Source of the DNA: Lobosporangium transversale
Taxonomy: Eukaryota
Length of the DNA: 64,000 bases
Assembly (NCBI RefSeq): GCF_002105155.1
Contig: NW_019029006.1
Span: forward strand, 1 to 64,000
Direction: 5' to 3'
Numbering within the stretch: position 1 is the stretch's first letter; every line of letters begins with the position of its first letter. Positions 48,876 to 61,171 of this stretch are shown here, piece after piece. The notes beneath the pieces are model-generated. The model was not told where the DNA came from and searched no databases. It saw only the letters and a program-made list of their open reading frames with translations. Both the position numbers and the translations under genes were made by a program.

Positions 48876-51046
48876 CTAACCATTCATGCGCTGCTTGGTC
48901 CAATGATAATAATACAACATTGCACAGGCCGGCTGTCCCAAGATAGTGAAGGAAACCCAGAAGATCATGTTGCCCAGTCCACTTCCACGTCCACGCCAAT
49001 GACCCAGAGGTTCAGTCAAGGCAATAAGAGGGATCTGGAAGAACATGCCTGCGAACGCATATCCGTAAACCATATGGGTCGGGATACCAATCAAGACCTC
49101 ATGCAAGACAGCCGAGATTGTAAAGATCACAAATGAGGCCACTGCTGGTTTGTAGCCCGAAGTAACCATGGGTAAGTAAACATGGCGCTTAAAGAAAGTG
49201 TATACGGGCTTGTTCCACAGACGCCAGTATTCGCTCAAACGAGAGCTGTTCCACCATGCCAAATAAAAGACACGGTCTCCGAAGTATAATGCCTGCCAGG
49301 TCAAATAAATTGTATATAGTCAAGTTAAATTAGAGTTGTTACCGGGTAGAACATGAGGAATTTAGCTGTTTTTTTTTTTTTCTTTTTGTTAATATTACCT
49401 CTGCCAATGCATTAAGGTAAGAGTGGAAAAAGGTGTAGAACATGATCAGCCAGATGACAACGCTGGTCGTGCTCAATTTCAAAAGACGTTCCAAGATGGT
49501 TCCAAACGCTAGATCATCCAATGCGCGGACAGAGTTCTGAAGTGTCGGAGTAGCGTATTGTTCGATAAGAAAATACATCATTCCTAAGCATGTGATGATC
49601 TCAAGGCAGCGTTTCAAGAAGAATGATTTGCGGAACACAGTTGTCCGAGGATAGGAAGGTTGATAGCATAATGTAGGAGCAAACCAAAAGTAGGTCACGT
49701 TCTTGAGCGTAATGTTGTCAGGATAACGAACATCATACTGAAAAACCTCTACAGCTGTTGTTGTTGAGGAGGAGGATTCGTTGCTGCTACTGTTGTCACT
49801 GTCACTTTCACCATTATTACTATTGCTCGTGTGCTTTTTTGTCTTCTCATCATCTTTTCCTCCCCTTGAAGTAAGCCCATGGACTGCAGCAACATGTTGA
49901 AGTTTTTCCATGGGTGTGTCAAAAATATAAGCTGCTCTGAGGTCTTGATTCACCAATGCGAAAGAGGTCATCTTGAGAAACAGGACTAATCCATTCATCA
50001 AACAAGTCATGGCTAAGAATGGGTGATAAATCATGAAATAGGCCATGAAGGAAGGCCAAGCCAAGAGAGTAGATAGATTCAAGACATGGAGCCAGCCTAC
50101 AGTCGATTGATTTGCTTTAGCGATTTCCTTAACCGTATGCGGTCGTGTATCCCTGCCGTTGGTGCTGTTGTTCTTAGGTCTGCTTTCGCTCTTCTCATCT
50201 AAATGCCGTTTTCTGAATCCGATAGCCAACTTCATGGCCCATTCCTCCAATTTGTAAGCAACTAGGACATTAATAGGAAGGAGTGCATGGGTGAGTACAG
50301 TCAAGATCCAGTCTTGACGCGACACATTGGATCCTGGGAATGAGAGCAGGAACCCATATTTGAGATAATTTTCGATGATCAAGCGAATGTTGTTTCCGAA
50401 AAGAAGCAACACTATTATTTTTTTTTAAAAAAAAAAAAAGAAAAAAAAAATTAATTAGAGCGCATTCATATATATACACACGAACACGTGTGTAGATGCG
50501 TTTGCTCCTAGTTGTCGGAGCTGTGGCACACAACCAACGGGCGTTGTAGACACGCCAATCAAGACAAAGAGCCGTGTCATATGCACATTTAGACGCCCTA
50601 CTCCTTATCCACCTTGAAAAGCTTTTATCTTATATATCATTCATGAGTAAGAAACACAACAGGCGAGGGGAAAAATAAAGATCTTTGAGCCAATTCGTGA
50701 ATGTGTGCTCCCGCTTTTTTTTTTTTATAAACACAAGCTATGTTGTACAGATGCCGAGTTGGTTGTCTCCTTATTCCATCACTTTTTTTATCTTTTTAAT
50801 CACAAGTTACTTACTTCCAAGATTGACAAATCCACGGTAGCTTTCTGGTGGAGCTTCTTTAGATAATGGGCTGGGCATAATCTTCGTGTGAACAGGAAAG
50901 GTATGACGATATGAATCCGATGTTGACTTTTTCTTTTTGTGAGAGGTAGGATCCTGCACTGCAGGAGGATTATTATTGCTGGACAGTATGTCTTTATCTC
51001 CTTCAGACCTCACAGTAGCCGTCGAGGCCCTGGATATTGTTGTCAT
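48876..51046 (-). CDS. DGAT1: MBOAT diacylglycerol O-acyltransferase 1, ~553 aa; exons 51046-50815, 50411-49399, 49292-48876
   Basis: SPLSKEAPPESYRGFVNLGM, NIRLIIENYLKYG, YPDNIT, APTLCYQPSYPRT, ERLLKLS, FGDRVFYLAWWN, WNKPV, SAVLHE (catalytic His), GNMIFW, GQP. This motif set is DGAT1-type rather than ACAT/ARE-type. Confidence 0.9.
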
Positions 51047-53759
51047 GACGAGAGCTAGAATGAAACATTGAGAATGAGGAGAATAAAAATGAGACCATGT
51101 TAATCTTAATGATTGAAATTGACAATTGCTTTTTTGTTTGCTTGTTACATGATGTTCTTTTGTTGCAATCAGTTGAACACAGTATATACTTTAGTTTCTT
51201 TAATGAAGAGAACGATCAGAAATAATGAGTAAAATGAGTTGTGGAGGAAAAAGAGGAAGGGTAATGAAATAGGAAAGAGAAAGAAATAAGAGAGTAAAGA
51301 GTAAGAATTTTTTGCCTTGACAGCCCGGGGAACTTTCCTTTTATCATTCTTTGCCTCGGATTCTTTAATCTTCCTCCCACATGCTAATTAGGAGACAATA
51401 AATATGTACAGTCTTCGTTCATGGAGATTGTTGTTGATTTTTTGCTTATGTCTCAAATGCTTGGCAATTATCCTTCTCTCTCCAGATGCACAGACGTTTA
51501 TTATAATAAAAGAAGAACATGGCTGCTGTCAGCGAAAAGCGCATGCATGTGCCATGAGCTTTATGATAAATTTTATGAAAACATTTTATTTTTGACCACA
51601 AGCACGAGGCTCTTCACAACGACCATCAACGACAATGCATGCGATAGGATAGAAATATGTCCCCTTTGCAAACATAAAATCTAGCTCCGATCAAAGCATG
51701 TGAGAGCAGAGAGTATAGAATAGCCGTCGTTATCGACAACCCCGATGCCTTTTTTTTTTCTTTTCTTTGACAGAATCAACCATTGGACCATTGGAGAGAG
51801 GAACGCGTTCCTGAGCATTTTTTTTCTTCGCCTCGTGAAGATGCATTTTTTATGACTTTCAGAGATTCTGAGATTAAACAAACACAATATGTATAAATAA
51901 ACTATATGTGTTCTCGACGAGTTAACTGCACTCTCTTCTGGAGACAACTTTCTCCACCGTGCTTTTGTTGCATTCGCAGGTACACTGCCGTAATATTGTT
52001 CGTGACTTCATGATCCTGAGCATAATCTGGGACGCATCAACTTCGCGCTTTCGTAGTGTTAGAAATGAAAACAATAGTCTTGAAATCGGACGTGAGCCAG
52101 TTAATAGCTTGAAGGTGCTCGACTATGTATGGTGTCATCCATCACAATCTAGGAGCCTTCACCCCGCCATAAAAGATAGCACCACCATCAATCATGATCG
52201 AACTCCAGAAATGGTCACCGTAGCTGCGAGACAATCCCCATCGCCATTAGTAGAGTGTACCAACGCAGACGTCTGAAAAGCACATTGGATCTATTATTTT
52301 GCTGGAAGTAGCCGAGGAGCATGAGACAAAGGATTGTCATAAACTGATGACTCCCTCTGTTTATCACTAAACACCAATTCAAGGCCTTTGAACATCCCAA
52401 TTTTGGATACCTTGCAACAACTATCTCTCGACCTCCCAGCCCTCGCTTTGAACTGAAGAAGTATAGTAGGGATATGTCTGTAGTGTGGACATCGTCGAAA
52501 TAAGACTTTCTCTTTGACTGATTCGTCACACCTTGATGCCGGATAGCGGTCCCAATCGAAACTTCTTTGTAGTGTACTTTATACAATCCATATATACGGA
52601 AGCATGCGAAATCACATCAATGATCGAAGGCTTGGGTTTTCGATGAAGTTCATTTGAAACCATTGCTTAGATTCCGGGGCCCATCGCAACATCGTCAACC
52701 CTTTATTCTATTCGACTTTTCTTTCTGAACAAGGGGTGTAGTACTTGTGCGGGGATCTTTTTCATCCATAACTAGTGATAAGACTGCAGTTCGGTGCGCT
52801 GGTACTAGAAGCTGGGGATGGTTGCTTCTGGGAGGAATGGATGTGGGCGTAAGGGATATGCCTTCCTTATAGGTTGCACACTCAGTGATGAATGGAGTAA
52901 TGGAGATGCTATGTTTGCATCCTTAAGTCAACTAACTACAAGAAATCAGAACAACAGTAAGAGTAAACATGCTTTTAAGCTTTCCCTTAAAACAGTTGGT
53001 CCCATCACTATTGACAAGTAGCTTTTTTTTTGATGACATTGATCCTTGTGTCCTTGGAATCATGTAAGTAGTTATTTGTTGTCTGAATCAGGTTCAATTG
53101 GGCGAGGTTTTATGGAAAAAAGCGTAAAAAGGTTTTGAGAGCTCCTCCTAGGCTTGGGTGAAACTGTAGATCTTCAGATCGAAACTAAAACGAAATGGCA
53201 TACACACAGCCAATGGAAGGAGTCCTCGAACATGGGATGCTCCTCCCAGGATTCCTCTTGTTCTCCATCAAGACATTGTCCCTGAACCAAGCAGGTGCTT
53301 ATTTAATCCTCTTGTTATGAAGGCGTCAATTTTGGAGAGCTGGCGCTGACCACGGCAAAGGGCCGTAATTAGTATCTTTTCTGACTTGAGGTAATTTAGA
53401 CAAGAGTGGAGGGAAGCTGGTGACCACGTGGTAGACCACGTTTGCATCTTGTAAAATCGGTTATCTCCAATCCTTAAGCACATGAAGCAGATTCAGCAGT
53501 ATTTGGATTTTTTATCAGAATAAACAAATAAATGATACAAAGAAAATTAAGGAATAAGAGGCCCACATTGACTACAATCAAATGGGTGCTTTACTATTGA
53601 AAAACAATACGAATATGTACTAATTACGAAAAAATATGTTCATGTGAAATTAAGTAAAAGTAAATGCAAAGGAAGGAAAGAGTATCAGTCATTTCCCTAC
53701 TTCTCATTTCCCTCCTTGGCATGTTAAAGAAATAAGGGTTTACTTGTTGCTCAAGTCAT

Positions 53760-54176
53760 TTATAAGACCCTCCATCCCATTGCGTAGGCAGCAATAAGGA
53801 TTGCAAGGATGCTCAGCATCTCGAGGACACCGAATGCCATATCTAAGATGCGGCTCTCGACCATCATGATTGCTCCTGCCCACATGAAAGCCAATGCAGT
53901 CTAAATTATTCATTCAAAACATGCAGATACAAGAAAAGGAGATAAAAAAAAGTTGATTAGTAACTGCTTGATTTGAAATAGTAACAAAAGATAGCAAGGG
54001 GAGGGGAAAGCGAATGGGAATAAAGAAAATGACTTACAAAGATCCAAGCCATGATGTTGACAAAGACAGCAGAGCCAGAACCAAAAGCATTGACCGTCAA
54101 GGCCAAGAGGAGCATAAGAGTCAAATCTCGAACCAAATTGTGGGTTCTTCTAATGCGCTCTCTCTTTATTGAAGAG

Positions 54177-54207
<31 letters not shown>

Positions 54208-54701
54208 GGTTAATAATCTCAAGTTTGCCATTGTATCATATCACAAAGCATGCATGGCTTTCTCGCATTACTTACCATGTTGTTGGCAGTGCGTCCAAAA
54301 TGACCCTTGTGCTGATTAACAGGAGCAGCAACAGGTGCGGTGGTAGTACCAACAGCAGCTTCATGATGAGCTGTATTACCGTAAGGTCCAACATCGGGCG
54401 CAGCTGTGCCTGCGGGCACACGATCGCCTCTTGCATCATAAACACGAGGCGAACCAAAGATCTGCTTTGCAAGGCTGAGGATGATGATTGTGTTATGCAT
54501 TCATGCATAGAATTATTTTTTGTGAGTTGTATGAAGTAAAGTGCATGTAAACATGGTGTAACGACACATTTTAGGGTTTTAAAATACTTACAATAAGAAC
54601 ATCCACAACATCCACATCACCCACAAAGCAATCCATGAATCCCGAACAGATCGTCTGCCCCAGAAGTAGCTTTCGTCAGGGTTGGTAAATGTTGGTGCCA
54701 T
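53760..54701 (-). CDS. Uncharacterised small ~4-TM membrane protein, ~191 aa; exons 54701-54592, 54474-54276, 54163-54038, 53900-53760
   Basis: Three GTAAGT donors with frame-consistent acceptors give MAPTFTNPDESYFWGRRSVRDSWIALWVMWMLWMFLFLAKQIF...RRTHNLVRDLTLMLLLALTVNAFGSGSAVFVNIMAWIFTALAFMWAGAIMMVESRILDMAFGVLEMLSILAILIAAYAMGWRVL. Confidence 0.8.
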
Positions 54702-55523
54702 TTTTCTTGGAGCCTGATTACCGTAATAAGCGGAAGGATGCAAAGCGTGTAAAGAGAATAAAAAGCGATATAAAAGTGTCAGAATGGAAAAAGATCACCT
54801 TTCTCTGTGGATGTTTTGAGGTAACAGTTTTGTTTGAAAAGAATACTTACAATCGTTTGATGATCAAAAGTGGAGGGGGAAGTGATGATCGTCTAGAAAT
54901 TAGATGGTGTGCGAAAAGAATGGGGTTTGTAACTAATAAAAAGTAAGCTGAAATTGATGAAGGAAAAAAAAAAAAAAGAGGAAATGAGTGGTCTTTTAAA
55001 GAAAATAGGCAGTTACAACTCAGCATATGTTAATGGTCCGCAGCGTGTAAAGCAATATGATCATGTCATAGTGATGGATGCATTGTTCAAGGATGACTGC
55101 ACATATTCTCTGTTCTACCACTGTTCTATGAAGCATCAACATCAGCATGCATCTGTCAGTTTAGTGATTCTCAACGCCTATTTGATTTGTATTATGTATA
55201 ACAGCTCTTTATTATTTTTCCGTAGCGCTGCATAGACATCGACAGACATGGGCGTTCAAGATCAGTAGTTACTCCGCCCGTTGATGACTACGCAGCAATG
55301 TCACAAGACCCTTTTGTTCCCAAATTCATGTTCCTTTAATGCAAACCTTCGTAATGATGAAATCATTCTTACTTTATAGACATTATTTATTTTATAAAGG
55401 GTAAGGGGTAAATGGTTAATCGCATAGTGACCTCGTGTCATGACATTATGATGTTGGGATCAATCGCAGATTTGGTCCGATTTGCTTATTTTTTCCCGAC
55501 ATTTAAACAGTAAAAAAATGCTG

Positions 55524-56309
55524 TCAATATCTTGTTCTCTTGGATTTCCTGAGTCGATGTGCAATGCTATCATCTTCATCCTCTTTTTGGTGCTCTCCAT
55601 CTTTTTGGTCTTCATCGTCATCATCACCATCGTCGGTATCTCTGCAGTTGTCTCTGTAACTCACTGACATTTTGTCTCTAGCTCGCAAGGCACGACCTCG
55701 AATTGTTGTAATCCTAAGCTGGGTCTAAAAAAATGATGTAGTATGAAAGCATAGTATGTCAACCGCTATTCCATGAAAATCTGTGATACAATAATTTTTC
55801 AATATAGAGAATGCAGTCACCAACATACCTCCTTGGACGTCTTATGGTGGCGACGGCTACGGTTCTTGTTTCCACCATACTGTTCATCGTCTTCGTGATC
55901 CTCTTCTTGACCCTTCTCATCACCCGCATCTCCTCCTTCATCTTCTTCATTCTCGTCCTCTTCCTCATCCTCTACTTCATCTTCATCCCCTTCTCGCTCA
56001 TCGTCATCAGATCCATCCTCCTTTTCCTGACGTTTCTTCCGCTTCCTATCTACCAACTTTTTGTGGTCATTATAATTATTGGACTCATAGACCACACTCT
56101 CGATCATACCCATGCATTCATCCAGCCACGCATGGAGTGCGCCGAACGTTCTGACTCCCCTCAACATACTATCGATCCTGCAGGTTTTTAGCCATGATAG
56201 TAACTTAGAATTGATGGATACAGGGATCGCAATTGGGAGTCGTTCAAATGACAGGGCCGTCTTGTCTTCAGATTCAATACCATCATCAGTCTTCTCATCG
56301 TCATCATCG

Positions 56310-56352
<43 letters not shown>

Positions 56353-57380
56353 TTTCTTGCTTGTCGTCATCAACAATAGTGATGTCTGCATCTTTTTCTG
56401 TTGAAGTGTTATTCACATCCATATCATCCTTGACATCATTTTTCTTCGTTTTTCCTTCCGACTCTTCCTCGGGCTCATCCATTGTCAATAAGCAATGTCC
56501 AAGGACTCTAATCGTAGCTGGGAGCTGACTATTTTCAGAGTCATTGTTTTCACTCAAACGCAAAGACCGCACTTCCTTAATTGCATCTGGGACCGCATCC
56601 GCATTACCATTACAGATCATCTTTGAAAAATTCTTCAATTTTTCTTCCGCAGCCTTGACCATATTCTCAAAATACTCAGAAGGCAATGGTCCAGAATCTG
56701 GATCTCTAACTGCAGCTAGAAATCCGCCTATGGTTGGTGTGGCGGTCAGAGTGTTCGAGTTATTTTTGTTGTTCAATTTTGCTTCCTTGCCTTCATGTTC
56801 ATTTCCATTATCCTCTTCCTGCTCTTGGTCCGAGTGGTTGCCATCTTCCATTTCGATATCTCGCTTAAGCTGGACTTCATGCTCGAAACCATGGTGATCA
56901 ATCTCCATACTCGGATTTTCATCATCATCCCTTGCGATAACTGCAGTGGCGGCAGCGGCAGCGGCAGCAGCAGCAACTTCTAACTTTGTAGCTGCAATAT
57001 CTGCCAGCTCTTGCTTACTCTTTCTTCCTCTCTTTTTCTTTAACAATATCAATTCTTCCTCTGTCAAAGGTCGACCGACCTCTTCTCCCACGACAGAAAC
57101 CACAAAGTCTTCATCCTTATGGTTGCTGTTGCTGTTGCTGTTGCTGTTATTGTTATACCGACTGCTGTTGTTCCTCGTGGCCATATGTTCGTCGCCTGCC
57201 CAGTGTTGGATTCGATTGAAACTGGCCTCAATCTCCTTACGCATCGTTAAAAGGGACGCTTTGAGGACACGCTCACGAACGCCTTTGGCGTTCAGGGCTC
57301 GAGTCAAGAAAGCCAGCTCTTTGCTGGTGGAAATTAAACTCCAGGTTTGAATAGGTCCATAATTTAGCAGATCTTTTTCG

Positions 57381-57420
<40 letters not shown>

Positions 57421-59915
57421 TTGTAGTTGTAGTTGTAGTTGTAAAATTAGGAAGCTGTGGTTGTTTTTGTTGATATTCATCGAGTTGTTCTTTTTCATAC
57501 TGAGAAATCAAGACCGGAGAAACCCCTTCTACTAAACTCTCATTGCTATCGGACAAGAGGAGATTGCTGATAGACATGCGGGCCTTAGTCCTTTGGAACT
57601 TGTCTCCTGCGAGTTCAGGCTCTGCCATGGTTTTCATCCGCTGTGTTACATCTTCCAAGTCCATGATCGTGCTCTTTTCTTTTTTCTTCTCCTCCTCAAT
57701 CTTGGCAACGATCTCTTTAGGAGTATCATGATCAGTCTTCTTTACATCAACTTGGTTTTTTTCTTTTGTTTTTTCTTTCCTCATAGGCGGCTCAACTTGG
57801 CCTCGATCCTCTACAATCACACCTCCAAATTCTCTCCAGAACCAATACTTGCGTCCCCAACGATCACTCCCTAAGCAAATGACTCTCAGTCTCTCGTCTG
57901 TATTGACAACATGCCCACCACGAAGTTGAGTCAACGGCACATTATGATCCTTTTGCACCTCGGTATCATCCACTGAGATTTCTTCCAACAGCTCCTTATT
58001 GGCTTCCCATGCCGATTCTTTGGATTTCAATTCGTTTGCAAGAGATTTTTGTTGATTCAGTAATTCGTTAGCCCGACTCTTGGCATCCTTGGACTGCGCT
58101 AGTCGTTGTCGACGAGATGATATTGCTGCAGTCATCCTTGTCTGTTCAATTGAGCTGCTGTTTTGATCCTTATCCTCGTCTCCTCCAATGTCATCAGAAT
58201 GTGAATGTTGCTGCTGATTACTCTCGCGTTCACTGGCCAAGATAGCTTGTCGTTTAGACTCTAAATCTGCAGCTGCTCGCTCAATTGCCTTCATCTCCCG
58301 TTCAAGCTCATGTGTCTCTGCTTCGACCTCTTTTCGGACTTCGGCTCGTTTCCGTTTCTGACGTTTCAGAGTAGTGATGTTCTCTTCAACTTCATCCCTC
58401 ATAAATCGATGAAACCGATCCGACGACATGATGTCATGTAGAGCTTTCACTAAAGCTTCAACTCGGTCTGAGATTGTAAAGACAGAATATTCAATCGTTC
58501 CTAGGCGATGTAAATTGACATAGAGCTTCTTCCTCTCTTTGTTCCTAGAAGCTGCGAAGGAAGCCGCTAAATATTTGCTAATTTTCTTCTTGTATTCCTC
58601 CTTTTTTTGCTCCTCTTCTGAAGGTGGACTCATCGCTTCAGGTCCTACGGCTAAGAAATAACAAAAGTTGAAATGGTTGATTTGAGGCGATTGATCTGCT
58701 TCATAAGCCGCTTGCACCAATTTGCAGGTGAGATCTAACAAACGGTTATCAATTCTTGGATTCCTTATCATTGCTAACAACAAGTCTGTGTCATTGAGAC
58801 ATAAAGGGAAAAATAAAAAATAGAAAGTTAAAAAAAAAAAAAAAAAAGGCTGTCGAGGCAATGTAAGAATTTATAATAAGCTTACCAAATGAAATCCATT
58901 CACCTGAATCTTTTGTCAAGCCAAGAGGGGTTCCAAATGTATTCAGGAACTCATGAACCATCTTAATATCCGCCAGCATGTCCATATTGAGTTCCTGTCC
59001 GCTTTCTGTTTCAGCACCCGGCCCATGAAGACGTTGAGTTAGACTCAACTTTTGGAGAGTTGGTAACTTGGAGCTCCTTGCGATCATACCGCTCATTAAA
59101 TCTTCGTAGGGCGCACGTCCAATCAATTTGGGTAACTCTTTCATCATGAACCCTCCAAGAACTCTATTGAGGTTTTTTTCCTGTTCTTGATTGAAAGAAG
59201 CTGCTGCCATGCTGGAAAGGGTTCCGGCTTTGGATGATTCCAGGACATCGAATGTTAGACAAGATTGTTTATAGGTCTAGCCATGTTAAATTTGACATTA
59301 GATTAAGAAAAAATGTAATCAACAATTTTTTTTTTTTTTTTTTTTTTTTGTTTTCTCTCTTCCTTAAAACTTACGGCTTTGGTTGGAGAAGCTGAATTTG
59401 ATCCATAACTCTCAGCAAAATTTCTCTATTATATTTTTAGGAGACATAGCAAAAGATGAAAAGATCAATATGATATGTTTCGCAATGTAAATTTAGGATT
59501 AAAAATGGTCAAAGGCACTTTTTTCTTCCTTCTCTTATACCTCAGCAGAAGTAATGGCTGTGGACGATCGAGATGAACTTGCAATGACAGATCGGTCAAA
59601 GAAATTAAGGATGGATCCATTCATATGATGAGGCTCTGCACCTTTTGATTTCCTGATTTGTTGCTTGGATTCCTTTTCTTTGAGTTTTTTCTCTTTGAGC
59701 GTCATTGATTCCTTAAAGTTGATAACTCCTTCAATACTGTTGTCATCATGGCTAATGCTGTTCTCGTCAGCTCTAGCAGCTAATAATTCAGGTTTGGGTT
59801 TAGGCTTCCGACCCCTCTTTCGTTTTTCAGGAGTCGCTGATTGGGATGACACTGTGATTGAGATATCTACGGTAGGCGAAGCTGCAAAAGATTGGTTTTG
59901 ATCTTGAATGGCTGT

Positions 59916-59951
<36 letters not shown>

Positions 59952-60605
59952 ATCTTGATCAACATTCATATAGTTGTCCTCAGGATTGTCGACACTGATC
60001 GGCTCACGATAACTGTGACCAAAGGAGGAAGTTAGAGAACCAGATCCAGAATTATGAGTGCTATCTCCTTGACTTCCCCTGCCTCTACCTCTACCTCTAC
60101 CCCTGCCTCTGTCTCTACCCCTGCCCCCGACTCTGCCTTCATCTCTGTCTCTGTCTTTGTCTCTGTCACTGTCTTCACCTGTGTCTCTGCCTCTACCTCT
60201 GCCTCTACCTCTCCCCCTACCTCTACCTCTACCTCTGCCACGTGAGAATGCAATATGATCTTGTGCTGTCACATCGCTATTGTCAACGGTGTCACTAAAG
60301 ACGTTGCCATGATCCTCACTAGTATTGACATGATTGATATTGCTATCATTGATGCTGATGCTGTCACTATTGTTGATGTTGTTGCTGGCGCTATTAATGT
60401 TATTATGGCTAGCTGTAAGCCAGGAGGAAAGAAGGGAGTTATTCCTCGGTACAGCATGATTGGAGTGGTGTGGCTGAGGAGTAGGGGGAAGCATATGAGA
60501 AGGCACGCTTGTTAACGGTCGTACGCCTTTACTATGGCTCTGCTGGCTGTGCGTTGTTATTGCTCTGTTTGGTGAAGTTGCTAACAGGTCGGATGGGACG
60601 GTCAT
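55524..60605 (-). CDS. DDT + WHIM1/WHIM2/WHIM3 (WSD) domain protein, ISWI-complex accessory subunit family (Itc1/Ioc3/BAZ-like), ~1554 aa; exons 60605-59541, 59425-59375, 59276-58886, 58785-55829, 55724-55524
   Basis: DDT: MLADIKMVHEFLNTFGTPLGL...ISFDLLLAMI. WHIM1: YSVFTISDRVEALVKALHDIMSSDRFHRFM. WHIM2: LRVICLGSDRWGRKYWFW. WHIM3: WSLISTSKELAFLTRALNAKGVRERVLKASL. AT-hook-like KRGRKPK. Confidence 0.85.
56296..56350 (-). repeat. Coding (GAT)n repeat encoding poly-Asp
   Basis: (CAT)n on the plus strand within the DDT gene. Confidence 0.9.
57381..57443 (-). repeat. Coding repeats encoding poly-Thr and (Ala-Pro)n
   Basis: (GCAGGA)n followed by (GTTGTA)n on the plus strand. Confidence 0.9.
59917..59949 (-). 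repeat. Coding (CAT)n repeat encoding poly-His
   Basis: (ATG)n on the plus strand; about 11 His in the translation. Confidence 0.9.
60075..60240 (-). repeat. Coding hexamer repeats encoding two (Arg-Gly)n tracts and an (Arg-Asp) tract
   Basis: (CCTCTA/CCTCTG)n on the plus strand; RGRGRGRG in the translation. Confidence 0.9.
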
Positions 60606-61171
60606 GAAAGGATTTGTTGCTGTTGAACAATGATGAATAATTCTTTCCCACAAACACACTTTCTTTTACTTTCTTTTCTCCACAATTAAGGAATGAGCCG
60701 GGATGGAAGAAAAAAAAAAAAAAAAAAATATTAATTATTACTTATTTATTTATATATAAAGGTAATAAAGAGAAACAGTCTAAAAGACGCGTCTTTTTTT
60801 TTTTTTTTTTTTTCTTTCTTTTACCATGTTAACAAGTAAGAAGCGAAAGAGCACTTGTGCTATCTATTTTTTTTCCCTTTATTCGCTTTTACTTTGATCT
60901 TTTCTCTGTATAAGACTGGCAGGTCTTTCATATTTCATGGTATGGTTCCAATCTGTTAAGAAGCAGGTAGTCGTTCTTGTGAGAAATTGATGCGAAGATT
61001 ATTTCTGAGTGGCTTATTATTAATTTATTCTGTAAATGTATTACATGTAATAAATGCAAGATGTTGGAGTGGAGTGAAGACATGTGGAGAAATGCAAGTT
61101 AAAATATCAAGATAAAGAGAAATAGCTCAAATAATAATAACAAAAAAGCGTATAATTTCCTGATATACGTT

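Noticed and set aside
20544..60605. Functional cluster of chromosome-biology genes (DCD1, ESP1, DEUBAD, SMC2, DDT)
   Set aside because: They are interspersed with unrelated housekeeping genes; nothing beyond chance co-location supports a cluster.
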